NCBI GenBank assembly: GCA_015065785.1
Contig: SVPR01000007.1
Coordinates: forward strand, 35,634-99,633
From: Oscillospiraceae bacterium
Lineage (GTDB): Bacteria > Bacillota > Clostridia > Oscillospirales > Acutalibacteraceae
Direction of reading: 5' to 3'
Length of the DNA: 64,000 nucleotides
Part shown: piece by piece, positions 45,050 to 55,114 of the stretch
Numbering within the stretch: position 1 is the stretch's first letter
How the letters are laid out: each line of letters starts with the position of its first letter
The notes under the pieces: model-generated
What the model was told of the DNA's origin: nothing
Database searches by the model: none
Seen by the model: the letters and a program-made list of their open reading frames with translations, nothing else
Position numbers and translations under genes: made by a program

Positions 45050-46257
45050 GTTCTGTAATCTCCGTTAATTTTTACATATTCATAGGTTAAGTCACAGCCC
45101 CATGCGGTAGCTTTAGCTTCACCATCATTCAATTCAATTTTTGTTGTAATTTCTTTTTCTAAAAGAATTTCTTTTGCTTTTTCTTCTGAGAAATCTACAC
45201 CTGCACCGTCTTTGCAAACAAGAATTTCACCTTTATCTGAAATGAATGAAACATCAATTTTTGTAACATCAACATCTGCACCACTGTAACCAATAGCACA
45301 AAGCACTCTGCCCCAGTTTGCATCTGCACCGAACATTGCGGCTTTTGTAAGAGAAGAGCAAATAACACTTTTTGCAACTGCTTTTGCTATATCTTCAGTT
45401 TTGGCACCGTTTACCTGGCATTCAAGAAGCTTGGTAGCACCCTCACCGTCACCTGCAATCATTCTGCAAAGATGAACTGTAATTGTGTTAAGTGCTTTCA
45501 TAAATGTATCGAAAGCTTCGCCATCTGAAGTGATTTCTTCGTTACCTGCCATACCGTTAGCGAGCACTGTTACCATATCATTTGTTGATGTGTCACCGTC
45601 AACGCTGACCATATTGAATGTATTTTTAATATCAGAAGAAAGTGCTTTTTGTAACATCTCAGGCGAGATAGCACAGTCAGTAGTAATAAACACGAGCATT
45701 GTAGCCATATTAGGATGAATCATACCTGAGCCCTTTGCAATACCACCGATTTTACACTCTTTACCGCCGACAGTAAAAGAAACTGCAATTTCTTTCAAAA
45801 CTGTATCAGTTGTCATAATACCCTCTGCGGCATCTTCACTGTTATTACCTAAAGAAGCCTTTAAAGCTTCCATTCCGTTTTTAATAGGAGTAATGTCAAG
45901 CGGTTGACCGATAACACCTGTTGAAGCAACAACAACATCGTTTTCAGAAATATTCATTGCTTCTGCTACGAGCTTACTCATACCCTCAGCAATTTCAATT
46001 CCGTTTGCGTTACAGGTGTTTGCGTTACCGCTGTTACAAATAACTGCTTGGGCAAAGCCGTCAGCAATATGATTTTTAGTAACCACAAGCGGTGCACCTT
46101 TTACTAAATTTGTAGTATAAACTGCAGCTGCAGCCGCTTTTTTCTCGCTGAAAATCAATGCTAAATCTTTTTTAGTTTTATTTTTTCTTATACCACAGTG
46201 AATACCGCCTGCAGTAAAGCCTGTTGCGGCACAAATGCCACCTTTTATAATTTCCAT
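45046..46257 (-). CDS. argJ: bifunctional ornithine acetyltransferase / N-acetylglutamate synthase
   Basis: 403 aa. Autoprocessing-site region HPNMATMLVFITTD. C-terminal YVKINGDYRT. Confidence 0.92.
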   Translation of the reverse strand: MEIIKGGICAATGFTAGGIHCGIRKNKTKKDLALIFSEKKAAAAAVYTTNLVKGAPLVVTKNHIADGFAQAVICNSGNANTCNANGIEIAEGMSKLVAEAMNISENDVVVASTGVIGQPLDITPIKNGMEALKASLGNNSEDAAEGIMTTDTVLKEIAVSFTVGGKECKIGGIAKGSGMIHPNMATMLVFITTDCAISPEMLQKALSSDIKNTFNMVSVDGDTSTNDMVTVLANGMAGNEEITSDGEAFDTFMKALNTITVHLCRMIAGDGEGATKLLECQVNGAKTEDIAKAVAKSVICSSLTKAAMFGADANWGRVLCAIGYSGADVDVTKIDVSFISDKGEILVCKDGAGVDFSEEKAKEILLEKEITTKIELNDGEAKATAWGCDLTYEYVKINGDYRT

Positions 46258-46279
46258 AACTACTTTCTCCTGAATGAGA

Positions 46280-47218
46280 TTATTTTATAACTAAACCTGT
46301 TGTTTCATCTTGTCCTAAAACAATGTTAAGACATTCTATTGCGGCACCTGAGGCACCCTTACCTAAATTGTCATATCTTGCAGTAAGAATAATTCTGTCC
46401 TCATTACCGTAAACGGAAATTTCCATTGTATCAGCACCCGAATAAGCACCGGCAGAAATAAATCCGCTTTCGTCATTATTATCTTTAAAATTTACAATAG
46501 GACCCTGATATTTTTCTTTGTAGATATTTTTGATATCTTCCATAGTAGTGCCTGACTTTAACATACTTTTAAATATCGGCACAGTAACCTCCATACCTGA
46601 ATAAAACGGAGCTACTACAGGGCAAAATGCCGGAGCATTTTCAATTCCGGTGATTGCTTTCATTTCTTTTAAATGCTTGTGCTGTTGAGTTAAACCGTAT
46701 TGTCTTGGTGCATCTAAAAGCTCTTCTCTTTCAGAAGCCTCATATTCAGCAATCATTTTCTTACCGCCACCGGAATAGCCTGTGAGTGAAAAGCAAGAAA
46801 GATTTTCATTTTCATTTAAAATACCACTTTCAATAAGCGGAAAAACGAGTGCTATAAATCCACTTGCGTGACAACCCGGCACTGCAATTCTTTTACTGCT
46901 CTGAAGCTTTTCTCTATGTAAGGAAGAAAGCTCCGGAAAGCCATAAGCGAAAGCTTCATCAGTTCTGTGAGCAGTTGAAGTATCAATTACAACTGTATTT
47001 TCGTTTTCTATTAAGCTTACAGATTCTCTTGCGGCATCATCAGGAAGACACAAAAAAGCAATGTCTGCACTGTTTAATGCTTCTTTTCGAGCCGCAATAT
47101 CTTTTCTTTTTTCTTCAGAAAGCGTAATAATTTCAATTCCCTTGAAATTTTCAAGTCTTTCAAAAATTCTGAGGCCTGTTGTACCCGCTTTACCATCAAT
47201 AAATATCTTTTTTGCCAT
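46280..47218 (-). CDS. argC: N-acetyl-gamma-glutamyl-phosphate reductase
   Basis: GKAGTTGLRI N-terminus, active-site region VPGCHASG. 312 aa. Confidence 0.9.
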   Translation of the reverse strand: MAKKIFIDGKAGTTGLRIFERLENFKGIEIITLSEEKRKDIAARKEALNSADIAFLCLPDDAARESVSLIENENTVVIDTSTAHRTDEAFAYGFPELSSLHREKLQSSKRIAVPGCHASGFIALVFPLIESGILNENENLSCFSLTGYSGGGKKMIAEYEASEREELLDAPRQYGLTQQHKHLKEMKAITGIENAPAFCPVVAPFYSGMEVTVPIFKSMLKSGTTMEDIKNIYKEKYQGPIVNFKDNNDESGFISAGAYSGADTMEISVYGNEDRIILTARYDNLGKGASGAAIECLNIVLGQDETTGLVIK

Positions 47219-48587
47219 TTATAAACTCCGTAACATAATCTATTTGCTTTTCTACTGATTCATAGCCTGTTGAACCCGCAGAAATTCTCTTTTTAATACA
47301 GGTTTCAAGTGAAATTTCGTCATATAAATCACTATCGAATAAATCACTGATTTTCTGATATTCAGAAAGCTCCATATTATCAAGAACAATATTTTCATCA
47401 ATACACTTTGCAACAATCTGACCAACAATTTTATATGCAGAACGGAAAGGAAGTCCTTTTTTCACAAGGTAATCTGCAAGGTCTGTTGCATTTATAAAGC
47501 CCTTTTGTGCGGCTTTATACATATTATCCTTTAATGTAGTCATTGTAGAAATCATTGGTGCGAAAATGCTGAGGCATTTTTTAACAGTTTCAACTCCGTC
47601 AAAAATCGCTTCCTTATCCTCCTGCATATCTTTATTATACGCAAGTGGTAAGCCCTTTAAAGAAGTTAAAAGAGCCATTAAATCGCCGTAAACTCTGCCT
47701 GTTTTACCACGCACCAGCTCTGCCATATCAGGATTTTTCTTTTGTGGCATAATGCTTGAGCCTGTTGTGTATGAGTCATCTAATTCAACAAATTTGAATT
47801 CCCATGAGGACCACAAAATAACCTCTTCTGAAAACCTTGAAAGATGCATCATAATAAGACTGAAGCAAGAAAGTAATTCAACACAGAAATCTCTGTCTGA
47901 AACGCCGTCAATACTGTTTTGTGTGATTCCGTAAAAGTCTAATTTTTCTGCAACGAATTCTCTGTCTGTATTATATGTAGTGCCTGAAAGTGCGCAAGAG
48001 CCTAAGGGTGAGTAATTCATTCTCTTAACCGCATCACTAAGGCGACCTATATCACGGATAAACATCATAGCGTAGGCTAAAAGGTGGTGAGCAAAGGTAA
48101 TGGGCTGTGCTCTTTGTAAATGTGTATAACCCGGCATAATTGCATCCTGGTTTTTCTTTGCCTGTTCTAAAATTGCTTCTATTAAATTATATAAAAGCTC
48201 ATTTACTTCTACTGCTTCATCTCTTAAATAAAGGCGGATATCAAGAGCAACCTGGTCGTTTCTGCTTCGCGCTGTGTGAAGTCGTTTACCAACATCGCCT
48301 TTTCGCTTTGTAAGCTCTGCTTCAACGAACATATGAATATCTTCTGCCTCCATATCAATAGGAAGAGCACCACTTGTGATATCATCACAGATTGAAGAAA
48401 GTCCGTCAGTAATCTCATTAAAATCTTCAGTTGAAATAATACCTTGCTTTACAAGCATTGAAGCGTGTGCAATTGAGCCTTTTATATCCTGCACATACAT
48501 TTTACTGTCAAAGTGAATGGAAGAATTGAAATCATCAGCCTCTTTGTCCAAAGCCTTTCCGAATCTTCCTGCCCACATTTTATCCAT
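47196..48587 (-). CDS. argH: argininosuccinate lyase
   Basis: MWAGRF N-terminus, SRNDQV, GSSIMPQKKNPD signature. ATG 48587 preferred over the GTG at 48620. Confidence 0.92.
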   Translation of the reverse strand: MDKMWAGRFGKALDKEADDFNSSIHFDSKMYVQDIKGSIAHASMLVKQGIISTEDFNEITDGLSSICDDITSGALPIDMEAEDIHMFVEAELTKRKGDVGKRLHTARSRNDQVALDIRLYLRDEAVEVNELLYNLIEAILEQAKKNQDAIMPGYTHLQRAQPITFAHHLLAYAMMFIRDIGRLSDAVKRMNYSPLGSCALSGTTYNTDREFVAEKLDFYGITQNSIDGVSDRDFCVELLSCFSLIMMHLSRFSEEVILWSSWEFKFVELDDSYTTGSSIMPQKKNPDMAELVRGKTGRVYGDLMALLTSLKGLPLAYNKDMQEDKEAIFDGVETVKKCLSIFAPMISTMTTLKDNMYKAAQKGFINATDLADYLVKKGLPFRSAYKIVGQIVAKCIDENIVLDNMELSEYQKISDLFDSDLYDEISLETCIKKRISAGSTGYESVEKQIDYVTEFINGKKDIY

Positions 48588-48674
48588 AACATTAAAAGTC
48601 CTTTCAATGTTATTAACCACTGACTGTTTCTAATGTTGCTAATCAGTGGCTAATACTAATTATTATAATTACAA

Positions 48675-49907
48675 TTATTTATCTAAACCGTTTTTCTCTT
48701 TCATTTTTGCCATAACCTTGATTGGAAGACCGTAAAGGTTAATAAAGCCTGCTGAATCCTTCTGGTCATAAACCTCATCTTCATCAAATGTAGCAATTTC
48801 AGGGTCATAAAGTGAGAATGGAGATTTAACACCTGCATTAATCATATTACCCTTGTAGAGCTTGAGTGTAACATCACCTGTTACTGTTTGCTGTGTGCTC
48901 TTAACGAAAGCTAAAATTGCTTCTGTAAGTGGTGTGAACCATTGTGCATTGTAAACGAGCTCTGCTAATTTTTGAGCAACGAGTGCTTTGTAGTGAGCTG
49001 TTTCTTTATCAAGACAGATTGTTTCAAGAACCTCGTGTGCTTTGTAAAGAATTGCACCACCCGGTGTTTCATATACGCCACGGCATTTCATACCAACAAG
49101 TCTGTTTTCAACAATGTCAAGAAGACCGATACCGTTTGCACCGCCGAGCTCGTTGAGTTTTTCAACAATCTCAACTGCACCCATCTCTTTACCATCAATA
49201 GCTGTTGGAACACCTTTTTCAAAGTGGATTGTTACATAAGTTGGTTTGTCTGGTGCCATTTCCGGTGAAACGCCCATTTCAAGGAAGCCCTCTTTATTAT
49301 AAAGTGGCTCATTCATTGGGTCTTCAAGGTCAAGACCCTCGTGTGAAAGGTGCCAGATATTTTTATCTTTAGAATAGTTTGTTTCTCTGCTGATTTTAAG
49401 AGGAACATTGTGTGCTTCTGCATATTCGATTTCTTCTTCACGGGATTTGATATCCCATTCTCTCCAAGGAGCGATAATCGGCATATCCGGTGCGAATGCT
49501 TTAATAGCAAGTTCAAAACGAACCTGGTCATTACCCTTACCTGTGCAACCGTGACAAATTGCGTCTGCGCCTTCGGCTAAAGCAATCTCTGCAACTCTTT
49601 TACCGATTGACGGACGAGCAAAGGCTGTACCTAAAAGATATTCTTCATATTTTGCACCTGCCTGAACACAAGGGAAAACATAATCTTCAATAAATTCTTT
49701 TGTAAGGTCTTCAACATAAAGCTTTGAAGCACCTGTTTTAAGAGCCTTTTCTTCAAGACCTTCTAATTCACTTGCCTGACCAACATTACCTGAAACTGCA
49801 ATAACCTCGCAGTTGTTGTAATTTTCTTTAAGCCAGGGAATGATAATTGAAGTATCAAGTCCGCCGGAATACGCTAAAACTACCTTTTTAATGTTTTTCT
49901 TATCCAT
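48675..49907 (-). CDS. argG: argininosuccinate synthase
   Basis: [10 protein letters not shown]-loop-like motif. ATG 49907 follows GGAGGT. Confidence 0.93.
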   Translation of the reverse strand: MDKKNIKKVVLAYSGGLDTSIIIPWLKENYNNCEVIAVSGNVGQASELEGLEEKALKTGASKLYVEDLTKEFIEDYVFPCVQAGAKYEEYLLGTAFARPSIGKRVAEIALAEGADAICHGCTGKGNDQVRFELAIKAFAPDMPIIAPWREWDIKSREEEIEYAEAHNVPLKISRETNYSKDKNIWHLSHEGLDLEDPMNEPLYNKEGFLEMGVSPEMAPDKPTYVTIHFEKGVPTAIDGKEMGAVEIVEKLNELGGANGIGLLDIVENRLVGMKCRGVYETPGGAILYKAHEVLETICLDKETAHYKALVAQKLAELVYNAQWFTPLTEAILAFVKSTQQTVTGDVTLKLYKGNMINAGVKSPFSLYDPEIATFDEDEVYDQKDSAGFINLYGLPIKVMAKMKEKNGLDK

Positions 49908-49930
49908 TTTTATTACCTCCATGCAACATC

Positions 49931-49986
49931 TGCAAAAATATTCATTCGATGTGCATAATATTACAACTATATTTTCCGTTTGTCAA
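49931..49986 (-). promoter_or_regulatory. arg operon promoter with overlapping ARG boxes
   Basis: Minus strand TTGACA (49981-49986), 17-nt spacer, TAATAT (49958-49963). ARG-box-like palindromes TGCATAATATTACA (49952-49965) and TGCAAAAATATTCA (49931-49944), centres 21 bp apart. Confidence 0.6.
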
Positions 49987-50036
49987 CACTTTTTTCCACA
50001 ATTATTTATATTTTTGTCAAAATGCACTTAGAGTTT

Positions 50037-50091
50037 CGCATATTTATGCAACATTTTATGTATAATATTCATTTTCGTTGAATATTCATTA
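50037..50091. promoter_or_regulatory. additional upstream ARG-box-like sites
   Basis: CGCATATTTATGCA (50037-50050), TATAATATTCATTT (50061-50074), TTGAATATTCATTA (50078-50091). Compared from memory with TGAAT-wwww-ATTCA. Confidence 0.45.
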
Positions 50092-50342
50092 TTTTTTCAT
50101 TTTCTCCCATTTTTTCCGAAATAGAACTTTTTTCAAATTCCGCACAGTTTTCACGGGATTTACTATTGATTTTTTTGGTTAAATATGTTAAATTATTGTT
50201 ATTAAGTATATAACTTTTGTGTAGTTTTCATGCACTTAGTTTATTAAACAACAATTGGTTGTCCGAAGCTTATTTCCGGTCATAAATTTTACTCTTATAG
50301 TATTGTTCAATTCTTATCACCAAATTATTGGAGGTACTTTCT

Positions 50343-52427
50343 GTGGATAAGAAAACACTCTTGGCTGTTGATGATGCCGAAATTAATAGAAAAATATTAT
50401 CAAAGCTTTTCTCAAATGAGTTTGATGTTTTAGAAGCTTGTAATGGTAAAGAAGCTATTGATGTGCTTAATAAAAAAGAAGGTAATGTTGACATTATCAT
50501 TCTTGATATTATTATGCCTGATTACGATGGCTTTTATTTTCTTGAAAAAATCAAGGCTACTGATTATGCTGATGTGCCTGTTGTTATTTCCACAACAGAT
50601 ACTTCCCCTGAGGCTGAAGAAAGACTTTTAGACCTCGGTGCTACTGACTTGATTTACAAGCCATTCAATCCACAGAATGCAGTAAAAAAGGTTAAGGCTA
50701 TTCTTGCCCGTCATGAAGCAGAGAATCAAAAAATTAAAATAACAGCTTCATCGTTAGAAGAACGCCACACAATCGTTATGCGTCAAACTAACACTTTCTC
50801 AGCAGAATACGATTTTGTGACAAAAAAAATATCTATTGACCCTGAATATTCTTCTTATGTTCACAGAGATTTCTGTAACATTGATATTTCTGACCCATCT
50901 ACTATGATTGGTCTTATTTACAGACCTGATTTAGATGCAGTTGTTTCATTCCTTAATGTTGGCGAAATCCGCGAAACAACCCAGCGTTACATAAACATAA
51001 GAATTCTCACAAACAACAACATTTACGAATGGTTCAGATTAGCTCTTACAGTACACATTGAAGATAGTGTTAAAACAAAAGCAATCATTACCTTTAACAA
51101 CATCAACAGTGAAATGGAAGCTATTAAAAAGCTTGAAATATTCTCTTCTGTTGACAGACTTACAAAAATTCCTAACAGAAATACATTTGTTGAAAAAACA
51201 CAGGGAATTATTGAAGAAAACAAAGACACAAAATTTGCAATAGTCCGTTTTGACATTGAAAGCTTTAAAATTATAAATCAGCTTTTCGGCACTTATGAGG
51301 GTGACTCAATACTCAAATTTATTGCAGTTAAGCTTCAGGAAATTATTGAGCCAATCAAAAACGGTACATATTGCCGTATTACCTCTGATTTATTTGCATT
51401 TTCAATTCCTTATGAAAATGAGGATTTATTGACTTCTGTTATTGATACATTAGTTGCTGCAGTTAAAATGTATCCACTTAATTTTGATATTACACTTTCA
51501 TTTGGTATTTACATTGCAGAAAATTCTGAATACTCTGTAAGACATATGCTTGACAGAGCTGGCGTTGCTCAGAAATCAACTAAAAACAATTACAAAACTC
51601 ACATTTCTTATTTTGACGAAGCACTTCGTGAACAAGAAGAAATTGAAATCACTATTGTTTCAGAAATGAAGCGTGCTCTCGAAAATGGTGAATTCAAAAT
51701 TTATCTTCAACCAAAATGTGATATGAGAACAGGTAAAATCATCGGTTCAGAAGCTCTTGTTCGTTGGCTTCACCCTGAAAAAGGTCTTATTTCACCAAGA
51801 AGCTTTATTCCGATTTTTGAAAATAACGGTTTCATTACAGAGCTTGACTATTATATATTTGAAACTGTTTCAAAACAGCTGAATGAGTGGCGTAATGACG
51901 GTGTTCCGATTCTCCCTGTTTCTGTGAATGTTTCAAGAGCAGACCTTTATGACCCTTACCTCTTCCCTAACATCGTAAAAATTGTTGATAAATATAACAT
52001 TCCGCACGAGTATATTGAATTCGAGCTTACTGAAAGCTCATTTATTTCAGATAACCACAAGTTAGTTGAACTCACCTACAACCTTCAAAAAGCCGGCTTC
52101 CATGTCCTTATGGATGACTTCGGCAGTGGTTACTCTTCACTTAACTCACTTAAAGATATTAAAGTAGATGTTTTAAAAATTGACATCAACTTCTTACCGA
52201 CCTCAACCTCTGATGAAAGAGCAAGTAAAATTCTTGCATCTGTTGTTTCAATGGCAAACGCACTTGACCTTAAGGTTGTTGTTGAGGGTGTTGAAACCCG
52301 TGAACAGGCAGATTTCCTTATAAGCATTGGAGCATATGAAGCACAGGGTTACTACTTCTTCAGACCAATGCCAGTTGAAGATTATGAAAAAGCTTTAAAA
52401 GCACAATTTGAAGCAAGTCAGAAATAA
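50343..52427 (+). CDS. response-regulator receiver / degenerate GGDEF / EAL phosphodiesterase
   Basis: GTG 50343 sits 8 nt after GGAGG; the track TTG at 50328 contains the RBS. REC (LLAVDDAEINR...DIIILDIIMPDYDG...KP). GGDEF site reads RITSDLF. EAL motifs intact (SEALVRW, ELTES, DDFGSGYSSL, KIDINF, EGVET, QGYYF). Confidence 0.85.
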   Translation: MDKKTLLAVDDAEINRKILSKLFSNEFDVLEACNGKEAIDVLNKKEGNVDIIILDIIMPDYDGFYFLEKIKATDYADVPVVISTTDTSPEAEERLLDLGATDLIYKPFNPQNAVKKVKAILARHEAENQKIKITASSLEERHTIVMRQTNTFSAEYDFVTKKISIDPEYSSYVHRDFCNIDISDPSTMIGLIYRPDLDAVVSFLNVGEIRETTQRYINIRILTNNNIYEWFRLALTVHIEDSVKTKAIITFNNINSEMEAIKKLEIFSSVDRLTKIPNRNTFVEKTQGIIEENKDTKFAIVRFDIESFKIINQLFGTYEGDSILKFIAVKLQEIIEPIKNGTYCRITSDLFAFSIPYENEDLLTSVIDTLVAAVKMYPLNFDITLSFGIYIAENSEYSVRHMLDRAGVAQKSTKNNYKTHISYFDEALREQEEIEITIVSEMKRALENGEFKIYLQPKCDMRTGKIIGSEALVRWLHPEKGLISPRSFIPIFENNGFITELDYYIFETVSKQLNEWRNDGVPILPVSVNVSRADLYDPYLFPNIVKIVDKYNIPHEYIEFELTESSFISDNHKLVELTYNLQKAGFHVLMDDFGSGYSSLNSLKDIKVDVLKIDINFLPTSTSDERASKILASVVSMANALDLKVVVEGVETREQADFLISIGAYEAQGYYFFRPMPVEDYEKALKAQFEASQK

Positions 52428-52473
52428 TAAACCTAAACTAAGGTATCCACCTTAATAATAGGAGATTTTTAAA

Positions 52474-52839
52474 ATGAATGAAAACATTTTAATTGTAGAT
52501 GATGCAGAATTTTCAAGAGGTGTTATGAAACAGGCGTTACTTAATGCCGGTTTTGATAATATCGTTGAAGCTACAACTGCTGATGAAGCACGAAAAATTT
52601 TAGCAACACAACAAATTGATTTAACAATTCTTGATATAATGCTTCCTGATAGTAATGACTTAAAGCTTCTTCACGAGCTTTTAGCCATTAAAAAGGATGC
52701 AAGAATTGTTGTTATTTCAGCAATAAACAAGCCCGAAATAACACGCGAGGCTCTTTTAACAGGTGCTCGTGGATTTATAACAAAACCATTCAACGAAACA
52801 GACTTTTTATGTAAAGTAAGAATGGCTTTAGAAGATTAA
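52474..52839 (+). CDS. single-domain CheY-like response regulator
   Basis: 121 aa. ILIVDDAEF, DLTILDIMLPD, ITKP motifs. Confidence 0.85.
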   Translation: MNENILIVDDAEFSRGVMKQALLNAGFDNIVEATTADEARKILATQQIDLTILDIMLPDSNDLKLLHELLAIKKDARIVVISAINKPEITREALLTGARGFITKPFNETDFLCKVRMALED

Positions 52840-52847
52840 AGCAAACA

Positions 52848-52893
52848 TTTTAGGGAACAAAACAAGTTTAAAAAACTTGTTTTGTTCCCTAAA
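52848..52893. terminator. bidirectional intrinsic terminator
   Basis: TTTAGGGAACAAAACAAGTT-taaa-AAACTTGTTTTGTTCCCTAAA followed by TTTTTT. Overlaps the spoVAC stop. Confidence 0.85.
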
Positions 52894-53326
52894 TTTTTTC
52901 TATTACCCAATAAATCAACCCATAAAGACTGGCGGCACCACAGCCGTAAACTATTACAGGACCTGCTAAATTGAACATTTTGGCACCTGTCCCTAAAATG
53001 TGGCCCTCTGCTTTAAATTCAAGTGCAGGCGACACAACTGAATTTGCAAAGCCTGTTATTGGCACAAATGTCCCAGCACCTGCAACCTTTGCAATATTGT
53101 CAAAAACGCCTACTATAGTTAATATGGCGGTTATTGCTATAAGTGTTACAGATACAAGGGTTTTCGCCTCAGTTATAGTCATAGATGTCATTAAATAAAG
53201 TGTGCGTAAAGCCTGACCTAAACAGCTTATTCCACCACCGAATAAAAATGCATTTATCAAATCTTTTTTCAAAGGGGATTTTGGCGTTATTTTTTCTACT
53301 AATTTACTATATTGATAATCTCTCAT
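52889..53326 (-). CDS. spoVAC: stage V sporulation protein AC-like membrane protein
   Basis: 145 aa. YSKLVEKITPKSPLKKDLINAFLFGGGISCLGQ N-terminus and four hydrophobic segments typical of SpoVAC/SpoVAEB. Confidence 0.7.
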   Translation of the reverse strand: MRDYQYSKLVEKITPKSPLKKDLINAFLFGGGISCLGQALRTLYLMTSMTITEAKTLVSVTLIAITAILTIVGVFDNIAKVAGAGTFVPITGFANSVVSPALEFKAEGHILGTGAKMFNLAGPVIVYGCGAASLYGLIYWVIEKI

Positions 53327-53357
53327 AAACTCACCAACTTTAGTTTATGTAAAATTT

Positions 53358-53399
53358 ATGAGCATATTCAAATTTTTAAATAAATTTGAATATGCTCAT
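53358..53399 (-). terminator. intrinsic terminator after the YabE-like gene
   Basis: ATGAGCATATTCAAATTT-ttaaata-AAATTTGAATATGCTCAT. Confidence 0.7.
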
Positions 53400-53403
53400 T
53401 TTG

Positions 53404-54660
53404 TTATAAAATATAAATAATTATATCTCTACGACCCCAGTTAACACATTCCTGTTCAGTATCCATATAAAGGTCAACTGTCCAGTCTGTGCTATTTATA
53501 AATCCACCTGTGTCGGCAGCTATACAATAGCCATAAACTCTTTTACCGTCTGCGGAAACAATATACATCTCTGTGCCATAAGGAATTTCGTTAGGATCAA
53601 CTGCAATATAACCTGTTCTTACCTTTTCACCTGTTGAGGTAGTACCACCGGGAATACAGTAAGCAGTTGCTTTTGCGTTAATTGCTTTTTTGTAGTTTGT
53701 AGGAACTCCGTTTGCACCTATATTAACATAAGATGGAACTGCAAGGTCACTTATAGGTGTTGAAGATGGTGTTGAAGATGGTTTTATATTTGCTTTTGTG
53801 CCAACCTCAAGAACCTTGTCAACGGGTCTTTTTGTAATTTTTGTTTCCTTAACCACTGAATCAATAAGAACTCCGTCAATATAACTGTCCTTATAAATAA
53901 TCTCTCTTATACCGTTCTGGCCTTCAACCTTTACTCTGGTTTTACCTGCCGCTAAAGCATCGGTATAAACATATTTTGTGGTGTAAGAAAGTGTTTCGGT
54001 AACTGTGTAGGTTTTTGTTGTTACCTTAATAACTTCAATTTCAATGCCGTTCATAAGCGGTGTGCTTTCTGACGGCTTTGTGTAGTCATCGTCACTGATA
54101 TTAAGGTCAACCTTACTTATAGCGTCGCCTACTGTTTTACCTGAAACAGTTCTCTCGTAAACTGCGCCGTTTATTTTAATCTTAATATCATACGCACCAT
54201 AAATTTCAACTTCCATTCCCTCTGAGAGTGGTTCATCGAGTGAATAGTTTACTGATGCACCTTCGGGAAGCTTGATTTCTGCCGCTTTAATAGCGTCAGC
54301 AACTGTGCCCGAAGCAAATACTGCGTAAGTTGAGCCATCATAATTTGTAATGGAAACGCTTACGCCTCTGTTGATTGTGATTACTGAGCCATCCTCACCA
54401 GCTTTAAACTCTGTAAGGTCTAATTTGTCGCCGTATGCTTCGTTAAACAAAACATCTTGTTCTTCAAGAATTTTCTCAGCATCGGTTTCTGATGTTGAAA
54501 GGCTAATAACCTTTTCACCGTCTTTTATTACTAAATCGTAAGATTTTGACGGCTTAGCGAATGCAGTAACTGAACCGAAAAATAATACTACCACCATAAG
54601 AAGCGCTAACTTCCTGTTAGGTGAGTGTACTGCTACTTCGCCTATTTTTCTGAATGTCAT
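53404..54660 (-). CDS. YabE-like cell-wall protein (DUF348 repeats, G5 domain, 3D domain)
   Basis: ATG 54660 sits 9 nt after AAGGAG. N-terminal TM anchor. G5 region (GKTRVKVEGQNGIREIIYKD...VLEVGTK). C-terminal 3D domain (IAVDPNEIPYGT...AADTGGFI...VDLYM). Confidence 0.8.
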   Translation of the reverse strand: MTFRKIGEVAVHSPNRKLALLMVVVLFFGSVTAFAKPSKSYDLVIKDGEKVISLSTSETDAEKILEEQDVLFNEAYGDKLDLTEFKAGEDGSVITINRGVSVSITNYDGSTYAVFASGTVADAIKAAEIKLPEGASVNYSLDEPLSEGMEVEIYGAYDIKIKINGAVYERTVSGKTVGDAISKVDLNISDDDYTKPSESTPLMNGIEIEVIKVTTKTYTVTETLSYTTKYVYTDALAAGKTRVKVEGQNGIREIIYKDSYIDGVLIDSVVKETKITKRPVDKVLEVGTKANIKPSSTPSSTPISDLAVPSYVNIGANGVPTNYKKAINAKATAYCIPGGTTSTGEKVRTGYIAVDPNEIPYGTEMYIVSADGKRVYGYCIAADTGGFINSTDWTVDLYMDTEQECVNWGRRDIIIYIL

Positions 54661-54824
54661 GGTATAAATACTCCTTAAACTAGCAATTCCCATAAATATT
54701 GTTTTTGCAGGAATTACCGTTAATAGATATTCTTGTTCACAATTAGAAGCTGAGGCGTCAATCTCAACTTAAAACTATAAGCAAAAACATCCGTTTTTCT
54801 TCCGTTTATCCTATGGCAAGGTGT

Positions 54825-54852
54825 ATTATACCCAATTTTTTGGTATTGTCAA
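54825..54852 (-). promoter_or_regulatory. consensus sigma-A promoter of the YabE-like gene
   Basis: Minus strand TTGACA (54847-54852), 16-nt spacer, TATAAT (54825-54830). Implies a 5' UTR of about 155 nt. Confidence 0.65.
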
Positions 54853-55114
54853 ATAATTTCAGACCATCTGATTTGTCGACATTGCACAAATCAAGTGTTT
54901 AAAATCGACCTTTCTCCCCTTGATATTGTATTTTACTCAACACCTGTCGTATTTTTTATGTGCGTTTTTTGTAGGAAATGCAAAAATTACAATTTGTAAC
55001 TTTTTCAAATCCGGATTAATCAAAATATAGTGTAATTTTTTAAAATTTATTGACATATACACAATTTAAAGCAATAATATTATATACAATATTATTAAAT
55101 TTAAAGGACACACT

